Made by a program: the position numbers and the translations under genes. A stretch of DNA of 64,000 nucleotides from an uncultured delta proteobacterium. GTDB taxonomy: Bacteria; Myxococcota_A; UBA9160; SMWR01. Position 1 is the stretch's first letter; each line of letters starts with the position of its first letter. The notes beneath the pieces are model-generated. The model saw only the letters and a list, made by a program, of their open reading frames with translations. It did no database searches and was not told the origin of the DNA. Location: the NCBI GenBank assembly GCA_963832165.1, contig CAWHTE010000001.1:384001-448000 (forward strand). Reading direction: 5' to 3'. Shown one piece after another: positions 9,617 to 19,569 of the stretch.

Positions 9617-10428
9617 CTACGGGACGATGTAGGGCTGGCCCGGCGCGCCGAGCTGGGACCCACCCGAGGCAGGGCCCGTCACGCTGAAGGTGAGCGTGAT
9701 GGAGGGGCCCGCCAGGCCCGTGCAGTTGTCGCCGTCGTATGGCGTCACGGTGAGCGTGTGGGGTCCTGCCACAGCGAGCGAAGTCGCGCACGCGTACTGC
9801 GGCCCGGTCTCGCCGGCCTCCCATGCGTACGGGTAGGAGTTCTCCACGCCGACTCCCGAGCAGCCGCTGTTCGCGCCGTCGAACACCTTCTTGATGCTGC
9901 CGGCCCCTGACGAAGTCAGATAGGTATTGGGCTTGATCTCGATCGACACGCACTGGCGCACATTGTCCGCGATCGCCTCGCCGTTCTGGAAGTTTGTGTC
10001 GATCACGGTGTCGGTCTGCGCGTTCCAGAGCGCGAATCCTATGATCGCGGCGCTCGCGGTTCCCGACGGCGGGGGCGGCGTCGGTCCCCCACCGCTCGTG
10101 ATGCCCGCGCGCGAGATCTCGTTCGAGCGCACGCTTTCGAGGCCGCCGTCGATGGCGGTGACGGTGACATAGATCTTGTCGGCGTCCGCGACCACGATGT
10201 CGTACCAGAACGCACCCGTCGTATCCACGGACGGTTTGCCCACGTTGAGCGACGAGGTGTAGGAGCCGCTCGAGAGACCCCAATACAGCTTGAAGCTGTC
10301 CACACCCGACGCATTCGTCTGGGTCCAGCGGAACCGCTCGGTGCGGGCGGAGGCGGCGGCGGACGCGAACAGAACGGTCAGTGCAAGACACAGAGCGCCA
10401 GGCTGGCGCGCCGAACCGGTCGCCTCAT
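9617..10428 (-). CDS. Secreted two-domain (FN3-like + Ig-like) hypothetical protein (frameshift ~10385 in signal peptide)
   Basis: ATG 10428 with G-rich RBS; repairing one indel gives MRRPVRRASLALCVLALTVLFASAAASA-RTERFRWTQ; FKLYWGLSSGSY (FN3-like); Pro/Gly linker; ends LGAPGQPYIVP. Confidence 0.65.
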
Positions 10429-10528
10429 AGTGACTCCCCCCGATGCTGCCGCCTCTGATTCGGCCAAGATGGTCTCCACCGCTGTGACCATCATCACCCG
10501 CAGGGCATTCCCGTGTCGATCCTGATCC

Positions 10529-11341
10529 TCAGGGAGCCCTTTTGGCCTTCGAAAGGGCCCGGCCGTAGCGCGTATGGATCTGCCAGAGGTCCCAGCCGAC
10601 GCGGACGAAGTCGCGCGAGCCGATCTTCGAGCCCTTGACGTCGCGCCACGCGCGCAGTGGAAGCTCGCTCACGCACGCGGAGGCCGGCAGCTCTCCCGAT
10701 TCGGCGCGCTCCAACGAGAGCCGCGCAAGGATCTCCACGTCGAAGATCCAGCGGGTGAGGAAGGGTGTGCCGAAGATCCTGGCCAGGGTCGGCGTTGCGC
10801 GGAAGAGCTTGGCTCCGCACTGCGAGTCGTAGATCGGAAGTCTCAAGATCGACGACACCGCCGTGGCGAAGAAGCGTCCCGCGTAGTGGCGCGCCGCGCG
10901 GCGTTGGATCCTACGACCCAGCATCAACACGCGCGACCCGAGCACCATCTCCAGCTCCGGCCGGTTGTCGAATTCTTCGAAGAAGAGCGGCAGCGCGGCA
11001 AGCGGGGTCGCGAGATCGGCATCCCAGAACCCCACGAATTCGGGTTTGCGCGCGAGTGCGGCGAGGATGCCCTGCCGCACCGCCTCGGCCTTGCCGCAGT
11101 TGCGCGGCAGTCGCATCAGAGTCCCGCGTGCCGGGAACCGCGCGCATAACGCCTCGATGACCGCCGCCGTGCGGTCCCGACTCCCGTCGTCGACGAAGAT
11201 GACTTCGGCGCCTGTTCCGCCGAGGAATTCGACGAAGGCGTCGACCGGCAACCGATGTTCCTCGTTGTAACAGGGAACCACCAGGATCGAGCGCCCCGCC
11301 GCCGCGGCGCTCTGCGTCGGATCGGCTCTCATGGCCGGCAT
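10529..11341 (-). CDS. Glycosyltransferase family 2 (Dol-P-Man/Glc synthase-like)
   Basis: VVPCYNEE, VDDGSRD, GKAEAVRQG, DADLATP, DSQCGAKLF, WIFDVE. Confidence 0.9.
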   Translation of the reverse strand: MPAMRADPTQSAAAAGRSILVVPCYNEEHRLPVDAFVEFLGGTGAEVIFVDDGSRDRTAAVIEALCARFPARGTLMRLPRNCGKAEAVRQGILAALARKPEFVGFWDADLATPLAALPLFFEEFDNRPELEMVLGSRVLMLGRRIQRRAARHYAGRFFATAVSSILRLPIYDSQCGAKLFRATPTLARIFGTPFLTRWIFDVEILARLSLERAESGELPASACVSELPLRAWRDVKGSKIGSRDFVRVGWDLWQIHTRYGRALSKAKRAP

Positions 11342-11468
11342 GAAGCTCCGGATGGCTGGTGCCAAGTTCTTCCGCGTCGACATGACGGCGAACGGTAGTC
11401 GGCGCGAGAGCGTGCTATCAAGTGATCCGTCGCCCCCCGACCCCCACTCGCCGAACGTGTAGTAGGGA

Positions 11469-12272
11469 ATGGTGAGAGCTCGCGACGCCCGAACCTCGAT
11501 CTGGATCGTTGCGCTGACGGCTCTCGCAGTGGCGGCTTCTGCGTTCTTCGTCTTTTCCCTGGTTCCCTCCGTCATCGAACATGCCTATCGCGGGGAAAGT
11601 ATTGGCCCGCTGAACCGGATGATCGCGGGACAGTCCGAGCATCCGGTCGAGTTCTACCTGAGCGCGTGGAGTGCCGTGGCGAAGGGTGTCCTCGCGGCAG
11701 AGGTCGTACTGGGGTTCTTGCTCGCGGTAGCAACCTTTCCGCCCTTGCAGCGATTTGCAGACGCGCGGGTTGGTCCGCTGCCGACGGGATCGGACACGCG
11801 GGAACGGTGGCGGATGAGCCGCGCACGCGTCGCGTTGGCCAGCTCGGTGGTGCTGGTGCTGGCGGGCGCCCAGCTGTTCGATATCGCGGTTCAGGCGGAA
11901 CACTGGCCCTTCAGCCACTACAACATGTACGTCACACCGGCGACGGAAGCGCTCTCGTTGATCGAGATCGATGGGGTGACCCGCGACGGTGAGGTGTCGC
12001 TCGACCCCCGGGAGTTCCACCCCTTCGACGAGGTCCGTCTGCCTTATGCCTTGAGCACGATCCTGGAAGGAGACGATTGGCGCTCCCGTGCCCAGCTCGC
12101 CCTCCGCAACCTCCACGAGCTCTACGAGCAGGGCAGAAGCTCCGGATCACACGACGGTCCGCACCTGGAATCGCTCCGACTCTATCGGCTGCAGTGGCGA
12201 GTCGAACCGACCTTGGCCAATCGCGATCGGCCCGATCAGAAGACACTGCTCTACGAGATGCCCATCCCGTGA
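11469..12272 (+). CDS. Hypothetical membrane protein, HTTM partner-like
   Basis: Three hydrophobic segments, EHWPFSHYNMY motif, GTGA-coupled to the next gene. Confidence 0.6.
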   Translation: MVRARDARTSIWIVALTALAVAASAFFVFSLVPSVIEHAYRGESIGPLNRMIAGQSEHPVEFYLSAWSAVAKGVLAAEVVLGFLLAVATFPPLQRFADARVGPLPTGSDTRERWRMSRARVALASSVVLVLAGAQLFDIAVQAEHWPFSHYNMYVTPATEALSLIEIDGVTRDGEVSLDPREFHPFDEVRLPYALSTILEGDDWRSRAQLALRNLHELYEQGRSSGSHDGPHLESLRLYRLQWRVEPTLANRDRPDQKTLLYEMPIP

Positions 12273-13228
12273 GTTCCGCGTCGATCGGAGATACACCGTC
12301 GCCGCTGCATTGGGTGCGGATCCGCAGCGAACAGCTCTTCTTTTCGGGTGGATCGGCGCGCGAGCTCGGTATCCATCGCGTCCTCTTTTTCGCGGCGGTT
12401 CTGGCCTACTCGTTCACCATGGACCCGCCGGCCTGGGCGAGTGTCTCGAGCGCCTTCTGGTTCCCCACCTTCTTCTTTTCGTTCTTCGCGTCTCCGGTCG
12501 CTTCCGCAGCCACACTTGCTTCGATGATCTGGATCTGGCGCGCCGCGCTCCTGATGAGCATGCTAGGTCTGTTCACGCGCTTCGGTTCGGTGCTCGCGTT
12601 CGTGCTCGGCGCATACCTGATCGGTCTTCCGCACAACTTCGGCAAGGTGAACCACAACGACGCCATTCTGGTGGTCGGCATGGCCATCTTCGCGTTCTCG
12701 CGCGGCGGCGATGGCTGGTCTCTCGACAGTCTCCGCGGCGCAGCGTCTCGGGATCGAGCGCCCGCCGCGGATGAACTCGAGTGCAGCGGCGAGTATTCCT
12801 GGCCGCTCCGCCTCTGCCGCCTGATGGTGACGTTCGTAGTGTTCGCGGCCGGTGTCGCGAAGCTACGTCACGCGGGTCTCGCGTGGATCTTCTCCGACAA
12901 CATCTACTACACGATCCTGCAACATCACTACATGCGGGAGCCCTACATGGACATAGGGCTCCTGTTCACGTCGTATCCCTGGATGTGCAAGGCGATTGCC
13001 GCGTTTACCGTGGTCGTGGAGCTCTCGGCGCCGCTGCTCGTCGTTCTGCAGGGGAACTGGCGCTTGATCCACCTGGCGTTGGTTGTGGGGATGATGCTCG
13101 GGTTCGGCCTTACGCTCGGCGTGCTGTTCGAACACTACATCGCCATGCTCTTGATCTTCTTTCTGCCATGGCCGGCGCTCGGCGCGTGGCTCGGCCGTCG
13201 GGCGTCGGTCTCACGGGAGTTGGCCTAG
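12269..13228 (+). CDS. HTTM-like polytopic membrane protein
   Basis: LGLFTR, NFGKVNH, WSLD, FAAGVAKLRHAGLAW, VVELSAP motifs. Confidence 0.65.
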   Translation: MSSASIGDTPSPLHWVRIRSEQLFFSGGSARELGIHRVLFFAAVLAYSFTMDPPAWASVSSAFWFPTFFFSFFASPVASAATLASMIWIWRAALLMSMLGLFTRFGSVLAFVLGAYLIGLPHNFGKVNHNDAILVVGMAIFAFSRGGDGWSLDSLRGAASRDRAPAADELECSGEYSWPLRLCRLMVTFVVFAAGVAKLRHAGLAWIFSDNIYYTILQHHYMREPYMDIGLLFTSYPWMCKAIAAFTVVVELSAPLLVVLQGNWRLIHLALVVGMMLGFGLTLGVLFEHYIAMLLIFFLPWPALGAWLGRRASVSRELA

Positions 13229-13440
13229 GGACGGCCAGGGCGCATGGCGGCCCTTCGAATAGTAGTCTCACTTCGTGCGTGAACTCAGCCAGTCGGATCA
13301 AGCGGCGTCTCGCGCTCTCCGATACGTCGAAGAACTCTTGGACCTGGGCCCTGAAACGCGAATCGAGTTTTGCAGTCGGCAGCGCCGTTGGCTTCAAGAT
13401 TGCGAAATCGGTCGACTGTGCGCGACGGTTTCAATGACTC

Positions 13441-14814
13441 ATGCGGGCTGACGAAGTCACCTCCCGGTATCCGGCGGCGGATCAGCCGTTCTCGTCGGGT
13501 TTCAGACCCGGAGATCGAGCGGCAATCCAGTCGCGAGAGCGCGTCCCCCGCATACGAGCGCTCGAGTGGGCCATCTATGGTGTCGTGCTCGCCTACGTCT
13601 GGCGGATCCAGGATCTCTATCCGATCCTGGCCACGATTCAGTTTCCGACGATCGCCTCGCTGATCGCTCTGGTGCTGTTCGCTTCGAGTCCGGCACGGCG
13701 AGAGCTGCGCCGCATCGAGCACCCGATCCTGAAGATCGCGACGCTGATTCTCGCGCTGATGGTCCTATCTGTGCCGACGAGCTTGTGGCGCGGGATGAGC
13801 TTTTCGTTCGTCTTCAGTGATCACATCAAGTCGTTCACCATGATGGTGATCATTGCCGCGAGCATTCGCGGAATGAGAGACGTAGAGCGGTTTGCGCGGC
13901 TCCATCTCGCGGGAGCAGCGCTCTATTCCGTGTTGATCCTCACCCGATTCGAGATCGGCGAGTCGGGCCGGCTCGGTGGCCTGCTCTTCTACGATGCCAA
14001 TGACCTCGGCATGCTGATCGCCTGCACACTGCCACTGGCTCTGTACTTCATGCGGCCGGGGTCGCGCCCGTGGATTCGTGTTGCCGCACTCCTCACCGCT
14101 GGGCTGTTCATCGTCACCGTCGTTCGAACGGGCTCTCGTGGCGCTTTTCTCGGCATTCTCGCGGTCGGGATCTATCTCCTCCTTGCCTACCGCGCTGTGC
14201 CCGCGCGCGTGCGCCTCGGAGCGGTCGTCGCCTGCGTCGGCGTCCTCTTGCTCGCCGCCAACGACAAGTACTGGGAGATGATCTCCACGCTCCTGAATCC
14301 GCAGGACGACTACAACTGGTCCGGCAATTCAGAAGACGGGCGGATGGAGGTCTGGAAACGCGGGCTCGTCTACATGGTGACCAATCCTGTGACGGGCGTA
14401 GGCGTGGGCGCCTTCGCGATCGCGGAGGGAACGATCTCGCCGCTTGCAGCGCAACAGGACCACGGCATCGGTCTCAAGTGGTCCGCTGCGCACAACTCGT
14501 TCGTCCAGATCGGGGCGGAGCTCGGAATCGGGGGGTTGATCTTGTTCATCGCGCTCCAATACACCTCGTTCCGAGCGACCGCGCAGATCGGCCGCGGCCC
14601 CCCGAAGAGCCAAAGGCGCAGGAGGAGCACCGAGGCGGCCCTCGCACAGGCGTTGACCGGGACGCTGATAGGCTACTGCGTGTCCGGGTTCTTTCTTTCC
14701 CAGGCGTACTCGGCGTACATGTGTGCGATCTACGGTCTTCTGGTGGGATTCTGGTACGTGACGGTCAAGCGATGGCGCACGAGCCGTCCGGTAGCGCCTC
14801 CGATCGGTCGATGA
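13441..14814 (+). CDS. O-antigen ligase / Wzy_C family membrane protein
   Basis: YDANDLG, TGSRGAFLG, GRMEVWKRG..NPVTGVG, AAHNSFVQIGAELG. Confidence 0.85.
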   Translation: MRADEVTSRYPAADQPFSSGFRPGDRAAIQSRERVPRIRALEWAIYGVVLAYVWRIQDLYPILATIQFPTIASLIALVLFASSPARRELRRIEHPILKIATLILALMVLSVPTSLWRGMSFSFVFSDHIKSFTMMVIIAASIRGMRDVERFARLHLAGAALYSVLILTRFEIGESGRLGGLLFYDANDLGMLIACTLPLALYFMRPGSRPWIRVAALLTAGLFIVTVVRTGSRGAFLGILAVGIYLLLAYRAVPARVRLGAVVACVGVLLLAANDKYWEMISTLLNPQDDYNWSGNSEDGRMEVWKRGLVYMVTNPVTGVGVGAFAIAEGTISPLAAQQDHGIGLKWSAAHNSFVQIGAELGIGGLILFIALQYTSFRATAQIGRGPPKSQRRRRSTEAALAQALTGTLIGYCVSGFFLSQAYSAYMCAIYGLLVGFWYVTVKRWRTSRPVAPPIGR

Positions 14815-14875
14815 GCTAGGCGAGCGCCCCGTCGCATCACCCGACATCACGGAGTTGGCAAAGGATCCGTATCAG

Positions 14876-16783
14876 ATGTGCGGAATCACCGGAATTTTCG
14901 CGCTCGATGGGCGCCCCTCGGTCGCCCGGCGCGTGCTGCAGGCGATGAACCAGACGCTCATCCATCGCGGGCCCGATAGCGACGGGATCTACGAAGAGAA
15001 GGGACGCGTCGGACTTGCGATGCGCCGGCTCGCGATCATCGACGTCGCGGGCGGCGCGCAGCCGATCGCGAATGAGGACGAATCGATCTGGATCGTCTTC
15101 AATGGTGAAATCTATAACTTTCCGACCTTGCATGAGGAGCTGGTCGGCCGCGGACACCGCTTCCGCACGAGCAGCGACACGGAGAGCATCGTACACGCCT
15201 ACGAGGAGTGGGGTGACGATTGCGTCCAGCATCTGCGCGGGATGTTCACGTTCGCGCTCTGGGACGTGGCGCGCCAGCGGCTCTTGCTCGCTCGCGACCG
15301 CGTCGGTGAAAAGCAGCTGTTCTATACCGAGGTGGATGGGCAGCTCTTGTTCGGCTCGGAGATCAAGGCGCTGCTGGCCCATCCCCGCGTCGAGCGCAGA
15401 CTGCGCCCCGCCGCCGTCAACCATTACTTGACGTATCTGTACGTGCCCGAGCCACTCACGATGTTCCAGGGGATTCACGAGCTACGCGCGGGCCATACCC
15501 TGGTCGCAGAGCGCGGCGGTTTCAAGATCGAGCCGTACTGGCAATTGCGCTACGAGCCCGATCCGAACATGTCGATCGACACTGCGGCGGACGGACTGCT
15601 CGAGCACCTCTCCGAAGCGGTGCGCATGCGGCTGATTTCCGACGTGCCGCTCGGCGCGTTCTTGTCCGGCGGCATCGATTCGGGATCCGTGGTCGCGCTG
15701 ATGGCGCGCCATTCCAGCACACCCGTCAAGACTTTCTCCGTCGGCTACACGCACGGAGGGCAGGAGTTCGACGAGCGCGTGCACGCGCGCGAGCTGGCGG
15801 CGCGCTACGGCACGGAGCACTACGAGCTCGAGATGCAGCCGGATCTGGTGGCCATCGCCGCGAGCCTCGTGCGCGCATTCGATCAACCGCACGCCGACTC
15901 GTCGGCGATTCCCAACTGGTATCTCTCGCAATTCACGCGCCAACACGTGACGGTGGCGCTCTCGGGTCTTGGCGGCGACGAGGTGGGCGCGGGATACGAG
16001 CGCCACCGCGGTGGGCTGCTCGCCGAACGCCTACGCATCCTTCCCGGCTGGTTGCTGCGCGGAGTTCTCCAGCCGCTGGTCGACGCGATCCCGGATCCGC
16101 GCAGCGGAAATCAATGGCCTCAGCGCGCCAAGCGATTCGCGCGCACGGCCGGACTACCGTTCGACGAACGCTATTACGAGATGATTTCGCAGCTCGGACG
16201 GAATGCGCGCGCCGATCTGCTCACGCCCGAGATGATCGAGCAGATCGATCTCGACGAGCCGAGGGACCACTTCCACGGCGTGTTGCGGAGCGTTGCCGAT
16301 GCCGACCCTCTCAACCGCGCGCTCTACGCCGACCTGAAGCTCTATCTGCCTGGAGATCTGCTCACGCTCACCGACCGCATCTCGATGGCGCACTCGCTCG
16401 AGGTACGCGTGCCGTTCCTCGACCACGAACTGCTCGAGTTTGCGGCGCGCATACCACCTTCCTACAAGCTGCACGGAATGGAGCGAAAATACATCTTGAA
16501 GCGCGCGGTGGCGGACCTCTTGCCGAAGAGTTTCTTCAGCCGCCGCAAGATGGGCTTCTCTCCCCCGCTCACCGTATGGTTCCGAAACGAGCTGCGGTCG
16601 TTCGTCGAGGAAACGCTCACAGAGTCGGCGATCCGGGAGGCTGGCATCTTTCGCTACGCCACCGTGCGCGGCTTGCTCGACGATCACTTCGCTCGTCGCG
16701 CGAACTTCGACAACCAGATCTGGTCTCTGATCACCTTCATGCTCTGGCAACGGGAATACCTCGGTAGCGCGCCTTGCATATAG
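14876..16783 (+). CDS. asnB: Asparagine synthase (glutamine-hydrolysing) family amidotransferase
   Basis: N-terminal MCGI, HRGPD, FNGEIYNF, LSGGIDS, SGLGGDE, EVRVPFLD. Confidence 0.92.
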   Translation: MCGITGIFALDGRPSVARRVLQAMNQTLIHRGPDSDGIYEEKGRVGLAMRRLAIIDVAGGAQPIANEDESIWIVFNGEIYNFPTLHEELVGRGHRFRTSSDTESIVHAYEEWGDDCVQHLRGMFTFALWDVARQRLLLARDRVGEKQLFYTEVDGQLLFGSEIKALLAHPRVERRLRPAAVNHYLTYLYVPEPLTMFQGIHELRAGHTLVAERGGFKIEPYWQLRYEPDPNMSIDTAADGLLEHLSEAVRMRLISDVPLGAFLSGGIDSGSVVALMARHSSTPVKTFSVGYTHGGQEFDERVHARELAARYGTEHYELEMQPDLVAIAASLVRAFDQPHADSSAIPNWYLSQFTRQHVTVALSGLGGDEVGAGYERHRGGLLAERLRILPGWLLRGVLQPLVDAIPDPRSGNQWPQRAKRFARTAGLPFDERYYEMISQLGRNARADLLTPEMIEQIDLDEPRDHFHGVLRSVADADPLNRALYADLKLYLPGDLLTLTDRISMAHSLEVRVPFLDHELLEFAARIPPSYKLHGMERKYILKRAVADLLPKSFFSRRKMGFSPPLTVWFRNELRSFVEETLTESAIREAGIFRYATVRGLLDDHFARRANFDNQIWSLITFMLWQREYLGSAPCI

Positions 16784-16837
16784 TCAGTTGCGACTCGGTG
16801 CGTACGAGCCGAAACGCCGGATTCGTGAACAGACAGG

Positions 16838-16960
16838 ATGGCGAAGCTGATCGAGCACACCCGGAGCCGGCTCGCGGTCGCTCACGTTACCGCGCCGGCA
16901 CACTACGGCGGCCTCGAATCGGTGCTCGCGCTGCTCGCGAACGGCTCGCAGTCCGGGGGG
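16838..16960 (+). pseudogene. N-terminal fragment of a GT4 glycosyltransferase
   Basis: LAVAHVTAPAHYGGLESVLALLANG resembles TVMHVLAPAGFGGAEAVVRGLVQG of 17290-18432; similarity then stops (end approximate). Confidence 0.5.
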
Positions 16961-17009
16961 TATCGGACAGAGCGCTACTTCTCGGACTCGGCGAGAAGCC
17001 AGCTTGAAC

Positions 17010-17245
17010 GACCTATGCTCCGTCTCGAGTTGCGCGACCACCTCGGCGAGCGGCAGAATCCGAAGATGCACGTCGAGCCAGTCGAGGTGATGCTTGAACG
17101 TGTCGGGCGCGACGTAGAAGCTCGGTGCGATCCAGTGCCGGATCCCTTCGGAGCGCGGAAGCACGCGGTGGTCCATGAGCACAGCGGCGCGCGAGCCATC
17201 CAAGAGACGCGGCGCGCGGCGCTTCACCCCGAGAGGATCGAGCAC
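17010..17245 (-). pseudogene. Degenerate N-terminal fragment of a polysaccharide deacetylase
   Basis: LDGSRAAVLMDHRVLP..FYVAPDTFKHHLDWL..LPLAEVV matches LDGSRVALLMYHRVLP..MFVTPETFERHLDWL..LPLHEII of 25034-26020; lost before TFDDG (boundary approximate). Confidence 0.65.
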
Positions 17246-17289
17246 CTACGCGCGCGTCAAGCTAACGCGGAGTCTCGCGAATTCCCGCT

Positions 17290-18432
17290 GTGCTAGAACC
17301 CGAGCGCGCCGTGGATCCGCAACGCCCCACCGTGATGCACGTTCTCGCGCCGGCTGGGTTTGGCGGCGCAGAGGCGGTGGTGCGCGGGCTCGTGCAAGGC
17401 CTCGTTCAGCGCGGCCACGCGATCAGCGTTGTGACACTTATCGAAGGAGAGTCACCGCGGGTCTTCGAGAGCGCGCTCGCGGCCGCGGGCGCGCGGGTCT
17501 TGCCGGTTGTAGTGCCACCGCGCGCCTATCGGCAGGAGGCCGCTGCTCTGCGCGATCTGTTTCGCCGTTGGAAACCCGAGGTGGTCCACACGCATGGATT
17601 TCGCGCCGACGTGCAGGCCGGCAGAGTCGTTCGCGGGCTCGGCATTCCCAGTGTCTCGACTGTTCACGGATTCACGGGCGGCGGCGCGAGGGTGCGGCTC
17701 TACGAGTGGCTGCAGGTGAAGGCGTTGCGGCGCTTCGAAGCGGTGATCGCGGTGTCGCGGCCGCTCGGCGCGCTGCTCGCGAAGCGGGGCGTACCGCGCG
17801 ATCGGCTCCACCTGATCCGCAACGCGTGGTGTGGTGGCATCCCGAACCTCGGGCGTACCCAGGCTCGCTCCGAGCTCGACTTGCCCGCGGATTCCTTCGT
17901 ACTCGGCTGGGTCGGCAGACTCAGCCACGAGAAGGGCGGCGATCTGATGATCGAGGCGATCGGGCGCTTGCGCAGTTCGGAATTCGTTGCGTGCGTGATT
18001 GGCGACGGGCCCGATCGCCGCGCGCTCGAGCGCCGCGTCGCGGAGCTGGGTCTGGCCTCGCGCGTACGCTGGTGCGGGGTACGCAGCGATGCTGCGCGCC
18101 TGTTTCGCGCATTCGACGCGTTCGTGCTCAGCTCGCGCACCGAAGGCACGCCGATCGTGCTGTTCGAAGCGATGCAGGCCCAGGTTCCGATCGTGGCAAC
18201 CTCAGTGGGCGGCGTCCCGGATGTCGTGGGCCCAAATCAAGCGTTGCTTGTGGCGCCGGGAGATCCGGTCGCATTGGCCGAAGCCATCTGCGTCCTGCGC
18301 GCTGATCCGGCCGGCGCGGCTCGGCTTGCGGTAGCCGCTCGCGAGCGCCTCGAGACCGAGTTCGCCCCGAATCCGTGGCTCGACGCGTACGAACGGATCT
18401 ATCGAGAAGTGGCTCGAATCAGCGGACGGTGA
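17290..18432 (+). CDS. Glycosyltransferase family 4
   Basis: GFGGAE, VGRLSHEKG, SSRTEGTPIVLFEAM, VGGVPD. Confidence 0.9.
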   Translation: MLEPERAVDPQRPTVMHVLAPAGFGGAEAVVRGLVQGLVQRGHAISVVTLIEGESPRVFESALAAAGARVLPVVVPPRAYRQEAAALRDLFRRWKPEVVHTHGFRADVQAGRVVRGLGIPSVSTVHGFTGGGARVRLYEWLQVKALRRFEAVIAVSRPLGALLAKRGVPRDRLHLIRNAWCGGIPNLGRTQARSELDLPADSFVLGWVGRLSHEKGGDLMIEAIGRLRSSEFVACVIGDGPDRRALERRVAELGLASRVRWCGVRSDAARLFRAFDAFVLSSRTEGTPIVLFEAMQAQVPIVATSVGGVPDVVGPNQALLVAPGDPVALAEAICVLRADPAGAARLAVAARERLETEFAPNPWLDAYERIYREVARISGR

Positions 18433-18447
18433 TGCGTGGGGTTCAGC

Positions 18448-19569
18448 CTAGCTTCCGAATTCCTTGCGCAGGATGTCGCGAATCTGCCGACTCGTGGTCC
18501 CATCGCCATAGGGGTTCACGGCCTGCGCCATTCGCGTGTAGGCCACCGGGTCGGTCAACAAGCGTGACATCTCGCCCACGATCACATCCCGTGTCGTCCC
18601 GACCAGCTTGGCGGTACCCGCTTCAATCCCCTCCACGCGCTCCGTGACCTTGCGCATCACCAGCACCGGTTTGCCCAATGCGGGGGCCTCTTCCTGGATT
18701 CCACCGGAGTCGGTGAGTACCGAATGGGCCTTGTTCATGAGCCAGATCAGATGTGGATAGTCCATCGGCGACACCAGGTGGACGTTCTTCCGTTCCCCGA
18801 GCATGCGGTGCATCGGCCCCTTGATGTTCGGATTCAAGTGGACCGGATAGACGAACTGAACATCCGCGAAGCGATCGGACAGATCCCGGATCGCACTGCC
18901 GATCTCCTCGACGGGTTTGCCAAAGCTTTCGCGCCGGTGAGCCGTGACGAGGATGATCCGCTTCGAGAAGTCCAGAAAGCCGAATTCCTTCTGATATTGC
19001 TCCTCCCGCTCGCGATCGATCAATTCGAGGCCGATGTACAGAGCATCGATTACGGTGTTGCCGACGACCCAGACGTTCTCGGTCAGTCCCTCCGCGGTGA
19101 GGTTCGCCCGCGCGCGCTCGGTCGGCGCGAAGTGATAGTCGGCGATGTGGCTGATGAGGATGCGATTAACTTCTTCAGGATACGGCGCCTGTTTATCGCC
19201 GCTGCGAAGCCCCGCCTCGACGTGGGAAACACTGCTCCTCGCGTAGAAGCTCGCGAGCGCACCGACGAAACTAGAAGTGGCATCTCCCTGCACGACGACG
19301 TTATCGGGCTGAAATTCGTGCAACACTTCCCGCAATCCGCGCAGCCCATCCGCGGTAATGTCGAACAGTGTCTGGTTGGGTCGCATCACGTTCAAATCGA
19401 AGTCCGGGACGATTTCGAAGAACGCTAGGACCTGGTCGAGCATTTCCCGGTGCTGGCCGGTGACGCAAACCCGGACGTCGAAGTGCTCCGGATCTTCTCG
19501 GAGGATCCGAACGATCGGGGCGAGTTTGATCGCCTCCGGCCGAGTGCCGATTACCATCAGGATCTTCAT
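18448..19569 (-). CDS. wecB: UDP-N-acetylglucosamine 2-epimerase (non-hydrolysing)
   Basis: GTRPEAIK, TGQHREML, HVEAGLRS, TAHRRE, TDSGGIQEEA. Confidence 0.95.
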   Translation of the reverse strand: MKILMVIGTRPEAIKLAPIVRILREDPEHFDVRVCVTGQHREMLDQVLAFFEIVPDFDLNVMRPNQTLFDITADGLRGLREVLHEFQPDNVVVQGDATSSFVGALASFYARSSVSHVEAGLRSGDKQAPYPEEVNRILISHIADYHFAPTERARANLTAEGLTENVWVVGNTVIDALYIGLELIDREREEQYQKEFGFLDFSKRIILVTAHRRESFGKPVEEIGSAIRDLSDRFADVQFVYPVHLNPNIKGPMHRMLGERKNVHLVSPMDYPHLIWLMNKAHSVLTDSGGIQEEAPALGKPVLVMRKVTERVEGIEAGTAKLVGTTRDVIVGEMSRLLTDPVAYTRMAQAVNPYGDGTTSRQIRDILRKEFGS

